A stretch of DNA of 64,000 nt from Hydrolagus colliei. Taxonomy: Eukaryota. The stretch's first letter is position 1, and every line of letters starts with the position of its first letter. The translations under genes were made by a program, and so were the position numbers. Below the pieces are notes generated by a model that saw only the letters and a program-made list of their open reading frames with translations, made no database searches and was not told the origin of the DNA. This document shows, in pieces, positions 1 to 12,847 of this stretch. The stretch covers positions 17,484,001-17,548,000 of the forward strand of contig CM068749.1 of the NCBI GenBank assembly GCA_035084275.1, given 5' to 3'.

Positions 1-119
1 TCTTAAATCCATCAGCAGATTAAAAGAGCTGCTTCCTCCTAATGGGTTTGACCCATTCTAACCCATTAAGATCTCTCTACCTGTTCAGCAACTCAACGAA
101 CAGCCAGCCACCACCCTAG

Positions 120-660
120 GCTGCACCCGAGACCAGCCTGTTAGTGTTCCTCTTGGAGAATGGGAGGCGCGTTAACTCACTGCATCCAACTACGTACCTT
201 CAAAATAGTGACACCACGACGGGGTGGGTTGGGTTAGGTGGGCGAGGGGAGGGGTAGCGAAGAGAATCATTGCTTAACGACTCGGAACGGATGATTTGCT
301 CTCATCGCTCTTGGGTGTTTCTGACCCACAGTCTGGGGAGCAGCAGTCCACGGTTTGCAGTTAGTTCTGAGCGGTTGGTGGCTGTATGTATTGGTGATCA
401 AAGAACATTAAACCCAAAGCGTTTACAGATCGGCTGGAGATCTCGCATCTGCCTCGCCCACCAGCCAATCTCTCAATCTGTCTCTCTCTCCCCCCCCTCC
501 CACCCACTCATCACAGTTAGTTGGGAAGCGTGCAATGTGTTCTCAGAGCTGCTGAAGGCATTCAAATCCTGCTTGGTATTTGAAGGGTTAATGGTTTGGA
601 ATTTGTAAAATATTAAACAGATGGTCCCCTTCTCCCCCCCCCCCCCTCCCTCACACACTT
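120..660. promoter_or_regulatory. Putative promoter-proximal region
   Basis: CpG visibly more frequent than in the rest of the window; CCAAT at 465-469 and ATTGG near 390; G-run cluster at 221-254; C tracts; no repeats recognised. Inference only. Confidence 0.35.
221..254 (+). other. G-quadruplex-forming motif
   Basis: GGGGTGGGTTGGGTTAGGTGGGCGAGGGGAGGGG: six runs of 3 or more G with short loops. Confidence 0.6.
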
Positions 661-1967
661 ATTTTTTTTGAACGCTTTTTAACAACATTGTTAAAAGCCG
701 AGTTAAGTCAACAATTCCTCATAAGTCTTTTAAGGTATACACTTCTCCCAATATACCGACTGCTTATTAACCTTTTTGAAGGGAGTTGGAGGGAAAATAG
801 CTTTGTCTCTCCCCACGGACTTCTAAAAGAGTGACAAGCAGCTGGGTAGTTTATTCTGAGAGGTACAATTCCAGAGCAAGGACACAAACGGCGCCTGATA
901 AGTCCCCCCCCTCCCACCCCAATATAAAATAAAATGCGAAAGAATTTCCATTAAAATGGCATAATTGGTGTTGTCTCTGTCGATAGTGGCGGACATTTGA
1001 TGTTCATTTATTAAATAGGCGCTAGGCTGCTCCCTAATCTCTTTGTTCAAGACAGACAAATTACCTTACTCACACTGTGGTCAAACTCAGGGGAATTAAA
1101 CCTCAATGCCTCAGCTAGTTTAATTAGCCTGCAAGTGGGGGGTTGCAAATTACTAATGCACCTCAGGCTTTTAGTCGCTTGATGAAAGGGTAAAAAAGAG
1201 AAATGTACGAAACTGTTAAAAGTTTTTAACACAGGGAAGCCAAGAAAGTGGAACTCTCTTTTAATTAATTGAATTGGGTGTTCAGTTTAAACCACTGGGT
1301 GTCAAACGCTGTTTTGTAAAGGGTCCCAGCATAGAAAACGAAATGGGATTTAACCATTGAGCCACAGCGTTTCAGACTTCAAAAGAAACTTGCTCATGTT
1401 TGTAGAGAGAACTCTTCTGCCCCCCCCCCCCACCCCCCTGAAATTGTGGGATATGGTTAAAATGTCAGCTTTCTCTAAACTCCATGGCAGCTGGTGAATC
1501 AGTGATGTTGCTGTTAAATTCAATGTGTGCCCAGTCCCTCTATATTTTTTGATTACTTAGGGATTTTGCAAAGTATCTGTTTTGCACATCTCTTTATCCA
1601 ACCTTAAAAAAAATCAACCCAGCCATTTTCTTTGGCGTACATCAGCCACATTAGAGGGATTTGAAATGCAATGATTTAAATCGTGTAAAATCTAAATACG
1701 TTTGGTCAGAACATGACAGCTGTCCTGAATAAATGAGTTGTTATGAGCTACATTCTGGCTGCAACTCGAAAAATCTAGTTGAAAGCCGGATTAATGTAAT
1801 GGAGATGTTTACTTTGATGAACTGTTCATCTCTGTAGAACACCGTCGTTATAAGTGAAATGAGACTTTTTGAAGGTTCCTCCTTGCGTTTCGTTCAAGCG
1901 GGAAGAGCGAACTTAGTGTAAGATACAATTGTACTCTCCGAGGCCTGACCCTGTTTCTACTTTGCAG

Positions 1968-2088
1968 GTTTGCTGAGAAGGTCAGAGCAGTGCAGAAAGC
2001 GTGCCTTCATCTTCGATCTGGCTCATCGCAGGTGGATCCCACTTTGTTCCAGTAGACAGTCATGTTTCTTGGCTGGTTTCAATGCCAG
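1968..2088 (+). other. Candidate non-coding (5'UTR or lncRNA) exon; 3' end uncertain
   Basis: Branch-like CTGAC at 1945-1949, pyrimidine tract and TTTGCAG|G acceptor at 1967. Possible donor CAG|GTACAC after 2088, but the exon could extend further. No long ORF. Confidence 0.4.
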
Positions 2089-2331
2089 GTACACAACATT
2101 GCACACTATATACCCTCGCTAGTTTGCTCTCACCAAGCTGTTTCTTGCATTAAAAGTGACTATGAGGACACAGATTAAGGACTCCGTGAACCCGGGCTAA
2201 TGAGACTGTTCAGAAGGGGAAAATAGCCCATCGGAGGACATCTGGAATAATGACAAATTAAACTGATTCATGGAGGTTTTAAAATCTGCTTTGTACCTGC
2301 ATAACACATAGCAGGGCATTGGCTCTGGTTC

Positions 2332-2400
2332 TCCGCCCCCCCCCCCCCCCACCTCCCCCCCCCGCCCTCCCCTCCTCCTACACCCCCCCGCCGCCCCACC
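2332..2400. repeat. C-rich low-complexity tract (G4 potential on minus strand)
   Basis: Multiple long C runs. Confidence 0.85.
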
Positions 2401-5400
2401 GTATTTTATTTTTCTTTACAACATCCTTGCAAAAATGTGTTGGCTCTTTGTATTTCTGTGTGTTGTAAGGACAATGTGTTTATTGCTATTAAAATATTAA
2501 AGGAGGCAATGGGAGAAAAATCAGTGATTTTGTGGTAGTTCTCTATCATAAACACTTTTAGTGGTTCTCTGTACAATATCATGTATGTATGCATGTATGT
2601 GATTTGTCAAATGTTGCTTCTCCCCAGCAGAAACATCCCAGCTTTCTAGTATGTAATGTAGGACTTTAAGAATGGAAATTTATTTGTGATATTTTCAAAA
2701 AACATTTGCTCTAGTATGGTGTATTTAAATAATAAAAAGCTTGAAATGGGAAAAGACGAGTTTTGCGTATTTTTAACTAGACTTTTAAAAAGTGTCTCAA
2801 TTCCCATGCTCTTCCCATTAAAGCGGTTAGGTTGAAATGGGTTTGTCTAATGCTAATTTTAATGCATTCTGTCTGTTTAGCACTAGGCACAAAAAGCGCC
2901 TTATGTACTTTAGATTACTGACCTATTAAGTTACAAATGTCATTCATGTTCAGATAATCCACATGCATGTAGTAAAACGACAGCTTTGATCTGCTTATAT
3001 TGGGGGAGTGATAATGGATCTGAGAAACTTAAATCCAAACTATAGCATCGTAAATCACCATGATTTCAGATGTGTTTGTAAGCATTTAAGCACTAAAAAG
3101 TTTTCACTAAAAAGGGGTTGATGAACTTTCCTTAGGAAGAGCTAAAGTTGGGCAAACTCTTACCACTTTGGTGATATGATGTGAATGGAGGAGCCTCTGT
3201 GACCTGCAATCTGTCATTTAAATGTGTGTTCCTGATATGTTAATGCAAGGTTTATATTCAGAATGAACAAAGCCCCAAACCAGAATGGCTGAGGTTCCCA
3301 GTTTAAAAAGTCATTAAGTGAGGATTGAAGTTGATGGGAATGACTTTCTTCTGATTGTTGACCGCATTTCATCTTAATTGATGGATGCAGCACATCATTA
3401 TGGGAGTGCTCTGACGTTTGCTCTTGGACCCAGCATCTGTCTGATACTGCTAAGGTCTTTTATATGTGCATACTTGAATCTGTCTGAAAGCATGTGGGCA
3501 ACACATTGGAAGTATGTTTTTTCCTGATTTAAAAAAAGTTATTAAAATATGTTACTTTTAATTCATTTAGAGTTGAGTTTTTAAACAGGCTTACGCCAGA
3601 TGATGTATTTGAAGTATCAGAATGTGACTAAATACAACAGAAGGGACCAAGGCACTTGTAAAAGCAACTCTTGACATTCAGCTATATTAATGTTTGAATC
3701 CCATAATGAAATGATGTAATGTGTGTCTCGATACAATACGGTAAAACTTGTACTTTAAACAAACAAATTTTAGGCTTGACACAGTGCCAGAATGAATTAT
3801 ACAATGCTCTCAGAAGTCTGAGGCCTGTTACTTAAGAATTTTGGATTCCATTTACTGACCTTCTTTCCCTCTTGATTAATTTATAAAATCCTTAAAAATA
3901 TATATATGACACTTATTATTTCTCCCTTGTGGTTCAGGAGATTCTCTAGATCATATATCCCTTGCTGGGAGACTAGTAAAGTGACCAGCTTTAAGTCCCT
4001 GTCTTGTAAATGTCACTATGTAACCAGTCACTAAAAGCGTAATGCTTCCTTCTGCTGTGTGGATGAGCTCGAGTCCACAGAAGTGCAGTAATTATTGGAA
4101 CTGAATTTTATCAGTTTGTGACCTCCGAGATTGGCATTCAAGGTTTGGGAGCTGTGCATTGATTTTCTTGTAGTTGGTGCCTGTCTTACAAATGTTGCAA
4201 ACTGAATTATTGGATCTTCTTGTGACTAGAAAATGAAAATATTAAATATCTCCTAACATGATTTGAGGTTTTTATATAGTGGATGGAATACATTTTGCAT
4301 TGAAAGTGTCTTTGGCCTCATTCACTGCTGTTTAATCTCAATTTACTCCCATATAGCAATTAGTAGCTATGGAAGAATTTCTATCATCACAATTCAAGAT
4401 ATCTGGAATAATTCTACTTACAGTCTATTTCTGTTAAATGCATTAACAATGTGTTCAGACAATACGTCCATATGAACAAATTGAATCAGGCTTACAAATT
4501 GCTGATGGTAGCAACTGATTGGGAGTTTTAATTGGTATGTTTTGCAATTACTCTGCAAAACAAAGTCCAAAATCAATTCACCAGTTTCAGCAGTGACCTC
4601 TTGGAAATCACCAGTATCTGTGCGATGTCTTGTTGTCAAATGACAATTACCCATGATAAAGATGGTTTCTTACAACTTCCTACCTGCGATATCTCATTAG
4701 ACAGAACTTCTGCTACAAAAGCTCTTTCTCTGGGCTTTCTAGCTTTTGTAACATCTGATAGTAGCTCAAACCTCAGTAAGATTCAAGCTGCTAATTCTAA
4801 CAATGTCGATGATGTGAAATAATACCTGATTACACACATCAGTGCTACATTTAGTAATGTTAGGGATATTTTTCCCACACTATACCTTTTGCATCAAAAT
4901 ACAGCATTTGAATTGTTTAGTCTGACCACATTTGCATTTGCCTGATGTGTCACAATAGCTGCTCCTCCCATTGCTACCGTAGTATTTATACACATTTTAA
5001 ACTTGCTCTTTATTTGAATCATGTTAGAAATGACTAAAGAACAGACGCAAAATCAAATCAAGCATTTGGTTTTGTGTTTCATATTCTTGGGATAAATGTT
5101 TACGACGATTCTTTTAACACGCGAGTTACTTGAGATGGTTACAAACAGTAAATAAATGGACAGGAGCAACTGATTAGTGGGCCTGTTTAAGGCTTCAATA
5201 AACCCCCCAAATAATGACTTTCAGAAACTACAGCCAAACAGCTTCAATAAATTAACTTAAAATAATTTGAACTCTATAAGGTGCAGTACTGTGGAGCACT
5301 GTTAAAAACAACTTCACGTTGCCAGCAAACAATGTGATACTAACAGTGATGGCAGAAATTACCTGCTGGCTTGAAACATGTTTCAGCAAACAACATGCCC

Positions 5401-6044
5401 AAAGTCAGTTTCCATTGTTAAATATTTTAGTTGCATAGTTTTGCTTGTACTGCTTATTTTTCATTATCCAGGGTGCGTAGCAAGCAGTTTGGAGAATCTC
5501 CTGATGAATCTGTACAAGGGCTTTGCAAAATGTGCTAATTCATAAATTTACGATGCCTGGGACGATCGGGCAGAACTGATTTTAGGTTCAAAATAATTGC
5601 TCCTAATTTTAATGGCTGTTTTTGTAGGGATTTGGGGCCATCATTGACCAATCACTTTGCACAAACACTCATTGGCGTGAAATGACTTAATGTATCTGCA
5701 GAGCATCCTGTTTGTTTTGTTCACTATTGTCTCACACGCGCACACACAAAACAAGGATGTCAACCAACGATTCCAAATCTCTTTCAGCTTCTCTCATGGC
5801 AAGATCTATCTCATGCATGGCTCATGCATATTTTGCCTCCTATTTTTTCTTCCAATCTCCAGTTTTGTGCTTTATCTGTATTGAATTCATTTGCAAGTGA
5901 TCAGCACAGGTCCATAATCTGTAAAGCTTCATTTCATATCATCTTGACTGCTTCTTCTGAGTGTTATCTATGTATTTATGTATTTTGTACTGAAGCAAGC
6001 AATACAGATCATTTATATGTACAGTATTAGGTATAACAGTAACC

Positions 6045-6140
6045 CCCGTACTCATTGGGCCATCCCCTTGAATATCTCCCAACATTTCAATCTCGTTCCT
6101 CTCATGACTTCCCTCTGTAGTTTCTCTTCAGCCAATTACT
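6045..6140 (-). mobile_element. Highly decayed CR1 LINE fragment
   Basis: Reverse complement loosely resembles the CR1 ORF2 RRLRGDxIEx(F/Y)KIxKG region. Confidence 0.3.
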
Positions 6141-6152
6141 AACAATACTAAC

Positions 6153-6515
6153 AATAATAATCCTTGCATTTGATATAGCACCTTGTATCTTTGAGACATC
6201 TCAAAGCGATTCACGGAATATACTGTAAAGTGAAATGACTATATTTTATGGGCGAAAAGTAGCCAATTGCATGCAGCAGTGTCCCACTAACAGTCGTGGA
6301 TTGAAATGACCAATTTATTATCATTTTTTGAAAGAATTATTACCCCTGAAAAAATGACCTGCCTATTGACTAACAACCAGATTCCTACATAAGGCTCGGA
6401 AATCAGAGGCGTGTGGAGTAAGGAAACTTGCTCAAAGTTTTGGCTTGCCGGGAATCAAACCCAGGTGACTCACTTGCGAGGCGAGTGCTCTAACCACTGA
6501 GCTGCAGGACTCCAC
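6153..6515 (-). mobile_element. Full-length tRNA-derived SINE (family A: tRNA-Ala-like head, CORE-like segment, Deu domain, L2-type tail), long variant
   Basis: Minus strand reads GTGGAGTCCTGCAGCTCAGTGGTTAGAGCAC (A box), GGTTTGATTCC (B box), GTGGGACACTGCTG (Deu), then the ATATCAAATGCAAGGATTATTATT tail. Homologous to the copies at 10279, 30740 and 38715. Confidence 0.92.
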
Positions 6516-7745
6516 AATGCATGTCTTGCTTTTTGTACTCACTAACATTAGTTTGTAAAGGGACTGGGACATTACAGTTTAACCATATCCTATATCTTCA
6601 ACTATAGTCCACGTCGCATAAATTTTCCTGAACCCTTCTTCCAGTCTGGAGTTATCCAAGGAGATCAGCGCTTCCACCTGCTGTTGAGATGAGCTAAGGA
6701 TTAATCCTATTATATCATTCAACAGTACTTCCTCTGGTCATAGACTTGCCTTCAGGGCAAGCCATAAGCAAGACAGAATTGTTGCCTGTGGAAGTGGTCG
6801 ACTGTCATCTCCCGAAGTGGGTCTTTATCTCATCTCCTGCGGTAACATAACTTGCCACAACGTGTTGTATTATTGTTGCTGAGTACATTGGCCACCATAT
6901 TTTCTGCCCTGTGGTGGGTGGAGTTATCAATAGATTTCTGCACCTTGGGATGTCCTCCCAACTGTGAAAGGCTCTATACAAATATACTTTTTGTTGTTGT
7001 TTGGCACTTGTGGGGTGGGGTATTGTCCAGAATTTCCACTGAGATCAGGGCTGGTTTGTGCAAAGCAAAAAATATGTAAATAGTATAAAGAACCATATTA
7101 CTTGAGAACCGGCTGTGTTTCAAACAGTTACCAACTAATCTATTGCAGAAGACGAATGCAAAGTAAGACTTTCCAGTCTATAACCACAAGATATTAGGAA
7201 GCCCAAACAATGCATTTTCAACTTGAAAATTTCTACTGAGCACTGCAAATCTGTCTGCATAGAATGAAATAATTAAAGGTGAAGTGAGTGCTTCATATTT
7301 ATCTAGAATTTGTTTTCTGTGGATTAAAAAATCATGACTGATTTTGTAAATACAGAAGAACCTCATTATACTGTACTTATTTTATTAAGAGCTGGAAAAA
7401 CAGTGCATTATAACGAGGGCCATTGTAAGTGAAAGCCTTTTCTCTCAGACGAACTAGATTATACAGAGCCTGACTCCCCCGCTCATTGAAATGGAAGACT
7501 TTGAAAATGGTTTGGGTTTGTTAGGCCAGGAAATGTCTTTTTGTTGTTGTTAAATATTGCATATTACTGCTCTTTCCTTCACATGTCAAACTGCTCTCTT
7601 TTAAAAATTGGACTGATGTGAGCTGCTTTTTAAAAAAAATCCTTGGCCTGTCTTGAAATTTGACTCCGTAACAAAATGTTATAATCAGAATACTCTTAGT
7701 TTCCAATGTGACTGCTGTTTTCTTATTAGGATTGGGCTTCTTTTG

Positions 7746-7860
7746 CTGCCAGTTGTGTTCACCCACAAAATACACAGTCAATCCATTTTACAGTAAATTT
7801 TGTGAAGTGGCCTGAGATGTCTCAATGACATGATAAGGCGCTGTATCAAATGCAAGGATT
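7746..7860 (+). mobile_element. SINE family A 3' fragment
   Basis: TTCACCCACAAAATACACAGTCAAT...GATAAGGCGCTGTATCAAATGCAAGGATT. Confidence 0.85.
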
Positions 7861-8011
7861 GCTTTTATGCAGTGTAGTACATGTCCCGTTGTCTCATTAA
7901 TCTCAGTGTCCTGACTTGATAGTCAAACCACTGGGATCCTCACTCCCATGTTTTAAAAGTGACTTATTTTCTTCATTGGATCTGTCCACTCTCCCCACAT
8001 CCCTTGTTTCA

Positions 8012-8068
8012 TTTCCCGATGTGTAAGGCGCTCTATAAATGTCATTTTGTTGTTGTTGTTGCTGTTGT
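8012..8068 (+). mobile_element. L2-type 3' tail with (TTG)n microsatellite
   Basis: AAGGCGCTCTATAAATG followed by TTG repeats; source of the polyQ in ORF 7903-8235. Confidence 0.7.
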
Positions 8069-8199
8069 TCATTCGTCACTGTCTGGCAAGCTTTCCTGCA
8101 GCATGTCCTACTGAAATCAACCCTCACATGAGGGCTTTGGCTTGCCACGATAATAGGAACTGGTGGCTGCATGGAACACTCTAAAACCCTCTGTTTTCC

Positions 8200-8375
8200 A
8201 CTCTCTACATTCAGCACCCATCTAAAATATATCAAATGACTGTGCCTCAGGCTACTTGCTTCCTATCACTTATCTCCCATCCAGCGTGGGCTCTCACTCT
8301 GTCTTTGTAAAAATACTTTGAGATGTTCTTTGATGTGCAAGGTGTTATGTTCGTGGAAATTGGTGTTATTGTTGT
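8200..8375 (+). mobile_element. Decayed L2 3' end
   Basis: TGTAAAAATACTTTGAGATGTTC...GCAAGGTGTTATG...TTATTGTTG resembles the L2 tail. Confidence 0.4.
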
Positions 8376-9499
8376 GCCATGTACTGACAGAGAAGTTGAG
8401 TAGACAACGTAATTTCCAAAGCACTTGAAAATGCTTCTCCATCACGATCCATTAAGGGTGTATGAGTAACCCGGGTTGATTCACTTATTCATTCTTTCAC
8501 TGTTTAGTGTTCCTCTGATGAGAGAGTTATATTCGCGAACAGAAATTGAGCACAATTTTGGCCAAAAAAATCTGAGGCCGGTAATTCTCATGACCACTGT
8601 AGATCATTGTGCAAAGACTACTGAAGTTTGTGAGTGTTTTCAGATATTTTTAAAAATCTTTGCAGGTGTTAAAAAAAATTTCAAAGGTTCCTTAAAGTGC
8701 TGGATCAAAGCTCTGAGAGTTTGGACTGTGGACAAGAAATTAAAAACATGGACTATCGGATTCAATCTGAAAGGTTGGCAAATATGCTTCACACGAGTTT
8801 GGCATCCCCTTCCGACACGTTGGCTGGGAACTTATTCAGTGGGGAATTAGGAGTGTGAACAAGCTTCCTAAAACATCATAGTGTGTTGCATTAATGCAAC
8901 AATGTGACTGGTCAGTGTTCATGGCACTTTAAAATATAGCTATCATGAAAGCCTTTGCTCTATTGTCCTCTCCTGCCCCTCTCAAGTTCCCGGCTGAGAT
9001 TGAATCCAAATGGTCACCAATTAAATGGCAGATAGATTTGGACGTCTCGGGCAGAAGATAATTTTATTTCCAAAGGGAGCAGTATCTATGGGCATAAGGG
9101 TTCTGCTGAGGGTCCTTGGCACTATACTATAGTGTTTCAGTAAAACTCTAATGAGGGCAGCACTCTTTCTGCCATGTCCACCTTTCCCACCTGCATCTAA
9201 TTTCCATGGCTGTAATTCATCTGACTAATGCAGCTTGGTTGGGTCTGAAGTTTTATGACTGAATAAGTCATTAAAGAATAAAAATAAATTTGTGGTTAAG
9301 AATTATTTAATGGCTCCCGAAAATCAAACTGAGGGTCTATTAAAAAAAACAGCTAGGACTCCTCACTCACCCATGAAAAATGAAAATATGGAAAGAAAAT
9401 AATTTGATTAACAAAATATTCTGAGGCTGTGATGAATAGCGATGTGTAACTCTTGGTTTGAGATAATCGGAGGACTTCTTGAAAACACAGGATCTTATC

Positions 9500-9566
9500 G
9501 TAACATGTAGTGACTTTGTTTTTGTAGGTGAAAGCACTCAGCAATGTCCCACAAACAGTCGTGGAC
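9500..9566 (-). mobile_element. Deu-domain SINE fragment
   Basis: Minus strand TCCACGACTGTTTGTGGGACATTGCTG...CACCTACAAAAACAAAGTCACTAC. Confidence 0.65.
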
Positions 9567-9631
9567 AGTGCACATCATAAGCTTTTTGAATGTGGAGGGA
9601 ATCGTAGCTGAGTTACACAATGGTGTTTGTA

Positions 9632-10260
9632 TAGTGGCATTTGTACAGCGCCTTTCATGTTCAGGAGAACATCACAAGGCACTGGACAGTCAATGTTTTA
9701 GACCCGAGCTGGGCTCGGAATTGGGGAGGGTGGAGGGAAAGGAGCGGATTTGCGCTGACCGATAGAGAAGAGGAGGGTCTTAAGGCAGGACTTGCACGAG
9801 GCTAGGGAGGGGACGAGGCAGAGGGACTGCAGAATGGAATTCCACAGGTTTGGGGCAAAGTGGCTGAAGGAGTGTGCAACCATGAGGTTGATGCTGCCAG
9901 TGCCTGATGTGTGAAGGCACTGGCACGAGCCAATCAGGAGAGCCTTGGTCTTGATGACATTCAACTGTAGAAAGTTAGCTCTCATCCGGGACTTGACTTG
10001 ACTGTCATGGAATCGAGGGTGGAGGCAGAAAGATAGAAATGGGTGTCATCTGCACGCATGTGGAAGTTGACCCCATGTCTGTGGATGATGTCACCAAGGG
10101 GGAGCATGTAGATATTGAAAAGTAGGGCGCCAAGGCCAGAGGCCTGGGGGATGCCACAGATGACAGTGCTGGGGCTGGAGGAGAAGCCATTGGTGGCAAC
10201 AAAGTGAAGACAGTGAGAGAGGTAAGAGTAGAACCAGGTGAGGGCTGGTCCATGAGGATT
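9632..10260 (-). mobile_element. L2 LINE fragment (reverse transcriptase core to 3' tail), internally deleted
   Basis: ALTWFYSYLS...GIPQASGLGALLFNIYMLPLGDIIHRHGVNFHMRADDT (GVPQGS and YADD motifs, decayed), then NFLQLNVIKTKALLIG, FSHFAPNLWNS, LKTLLF and the L2 tail. Confidence 0.93.
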
Positions 10261-10278
10261 TTGCTGGGACGAGTGATT

Positions 10279-10472
10279 CAATTGCACACAACAGTGTCCC
10301 ACAAACAGTTGTGGATTGAAACAACCGTTTTTTATTATTGTTTTCCTTTGAGGGATTAATATCAGCCAAGTGGAATAAGGTAACTTGCCCAAGGTTTCGC
10401 CCTGGCTGGAATCGAACCCAGGTCTCTCGCTTGCAATGCAAGTGCTCTAACCACTGAGCCACATGACTCCAC
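10279..10472 (-). mobile_element. SINE family A 5' portion lacking its own tail
   Basis: GTGGAGTCATGTGGCTCAGTGGTTAGAGCAC...GGTTCGATTCC...ACCTTGGGCAAGT...GTTTGTGGGACACTGTTGTGTGCAATTG. Confidence 0.92.
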
Positions 10473-10499
10473 GTAATAGTAACACCCCACAAACAACCA

Positions 10500-10680
10500 T
10501 GGAATAGTAATTGGGTATTAGGAACCCTGACTGGTTTTTGCTCTTCCAAGGGCACCAATGCCCAATCTGGTGCTAATTCTGAGGTGAGTTAACTCAATAC
10601 AGACCAGAGGTTGAACCTATAACCACCCGACCCATGAGAATCTAGGCTACTCATTTACTCTCTAGACTATCGGGGAACTG
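10500..10680 (-). mobile_element. Ancient tRNA-SINE family B, 5' fragment
   Basis: Minus strand GGTTCAACCTCTGGTCTGTATTGAGTTAACTCACCTCAG; similar to the copies at 29095, 43545, 55185 and 63523. Confidence 0.55.
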
Positions 10681-12847
10681 TTAGTGTATTTTAAAACTAA
10701 TCGAGGATTTCAGTCAGCTGCACAAAGGAAAATCAGTGTAATGTAACCTTGAGTAGATGCTAAAGATTCTGAGTACATCTGCATGTTTCACAGCACCATT
10801 TTAGCCAATTGCAGTTTATTTGATCAGCACATAATTCAACTTGCCCTGAATATGCCCTGAAACTGGGAAATCTTGAGAGGATCTGCTGTGACTACTAACT
10901 GAAATACAGTCTAAAGTAGACATTTCTGCAGGAAGGCTGATTGTGTGTTGACTGTTTAATTTCATATAGCAGGTGAGTTGAAAATGTTTGTGACTTCAGA
11001 AAATGTATGTTTGTTAATCAAATGTTATGTTTGTTCCTTATTCTGTCAAATGTTTTTCTTTAATCAACATGTTTTATTTGTGTGCAAAAAAAATAGGAGC
11101 TGTAAGTTGTCATTTAAAATATTATGCTTTTTTTTCTAATAAGCAATCTGGAAGTTGGCAAAATTGGAACCTAGGGATTTGAAATAACCTGGGCAATGTG
11201 TAGTTCTTACTGGAGCATTTAATTTCCTTTACTGCTGACATTAGAGAAAGCTTGCAATTTAAATATCTTCTAACAAGTATTCCAACAGTTTGGAAACAGA
11301 TGGACTGAGAGTGGTAAAACTCAGTAGAATTAAAATATCAAACGCAGGGCTGGATTCTATTTGTTTGTGCCAATGTGACACAAAATGGAATTCAAAGCAT
11401 TGTGGCGCACATACGTATTCAATTTTATTTGGTACAAAGGATAGGCGAGCACCACTGAATTAAAAATTAATTAAAATCTATTTCTGGCATGCTTTCATGT
11501 CAATGTGGTAGAATTATGATGAGACTCTGAGGAGGGATACACTGACATAACTCAGGGAATTTAAAGGGCCATTTACCGTGTAGATGATAGATTTAAAATG
11601 TAATAATTGCATCGACAGGACTTGGAAGGGCAGACCAGTCACTGGTGGCAGGAATTCTTCCCACTTAACTCCCGTAAACCCTGCAAGCCAAAGGTCCTAG
11701 CTGGACAAGCAGTGGGATAGCTTGCCAAACACCATGACTAGTTATGGGGTTTTAGCTGGTTAGACTCCAGCAGTTACCCCAATGCACACTCTAGGGTTCC
11801 CAGACTTGGTTTTTGCCAACCTCTGCCTAATACTTTCCAAAATTAGGGAAGCACGATGTGTCACTCCAGGGAGAAAGCGTGCATTACATCCCAATAAGTA
11901 TCTCTGGAATTTCCATGTATAGGTGGGATGCACAGAACTCTTGGTTTGGATATTCTTAACATAGTGTTGGGTTTCTGCATGTGTCAGATACCTGGCTGAT
12001 ACCCCCCAAAAAGTTCAATCTAATGTTTTTATTTTGCTTTCTGTACATGATGAATTGCTGCTTTAGAATCTCTAAGGTAAAAAAAATTCATGATGTGAGG
12101 TGAGGTCAGTGCTTTGATCTAAAATAAAGTCTTTTTGGTAAATTTCTGATTCCTAAACTGCAGTTATACTGGCTCTGATCCCTCCAAAGTGATGCACTAC
12201 AAAACTCTCATATGTAAAGGTTAGCCTATCTATACACTGACTGAAGAATGTGAATGCACAATCTCAGAGTAAGGGGAGACCAAAGCAATGGTAACAATGA
12301 ACTGCATCTTGCTCTATATAAGTGCAAACATCTTCTGAGTACATGGTTATCTATCTCAGATTTCCCCTTTATTTATTGTAGTGAAATGCCATTTCTATTG
12401 TATTATAGTAAGGGCAGATCTCTTTGAAATGTATGTCTTTGTAGCCCTTTTGCTCACTGTTACCTTACAAATGCTAATCTGTTCACTGTTCCTCATTCTT
12501 ACACAAGGTCCCTCTAAGTAAATTTCTTATGAGATGTGAGGTTGAACACAGTTCTTCCATTTGTGTGATGAACCAGATTTTTGATGAGAAATTTTTCCAA
12601 ATACAGTATCCTACAGGAACCGTTGCTTTTTAAATGTTATCTACTGTAACTATCACAACACACCGTGATGTTTAGATATTTTTGTTTTTGTACATTTTAT
12701 TTATTTTTTTGAAAAACTGAACAGTACATTTTCAAACCATATATTCCTCCTGACAATATTCCTTCAAACGTATGTCTCACATTAAATGTGTCCCCCTGTT
12801 TGATTGGTAATTCAGCCAATTGCTGTTTGTTGGTGCTTTGTTGGTAG

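Noticed and set aside
270-608. 112-aa ORF in the promoter-like region
   Set aside because: TTG start, no recognisable domain, crosses low-complexity tracts.
4532-4822. 96-aa ORF
   Set aside because: Non-ATG start, no homology recognised, no convincing splice signals.
7903-8235. ORF with polyQ
   Set aside because: The polyQ is the antisense reading of the (TTG)n retroposon tail.
8515-8545. CTGATGA followed by a weak stem (hammerhead-like)
   Set aside because: GAAC rather than GAAA, and no stem I/III geometry.
10400-10472. tRNA-Ala-like sequence (also at about 6445-6515 and 38975-39047)
   Set aside because: No proper acceptor stem and continuous with the SINE body; these are SINE heads, not tRNA genes.
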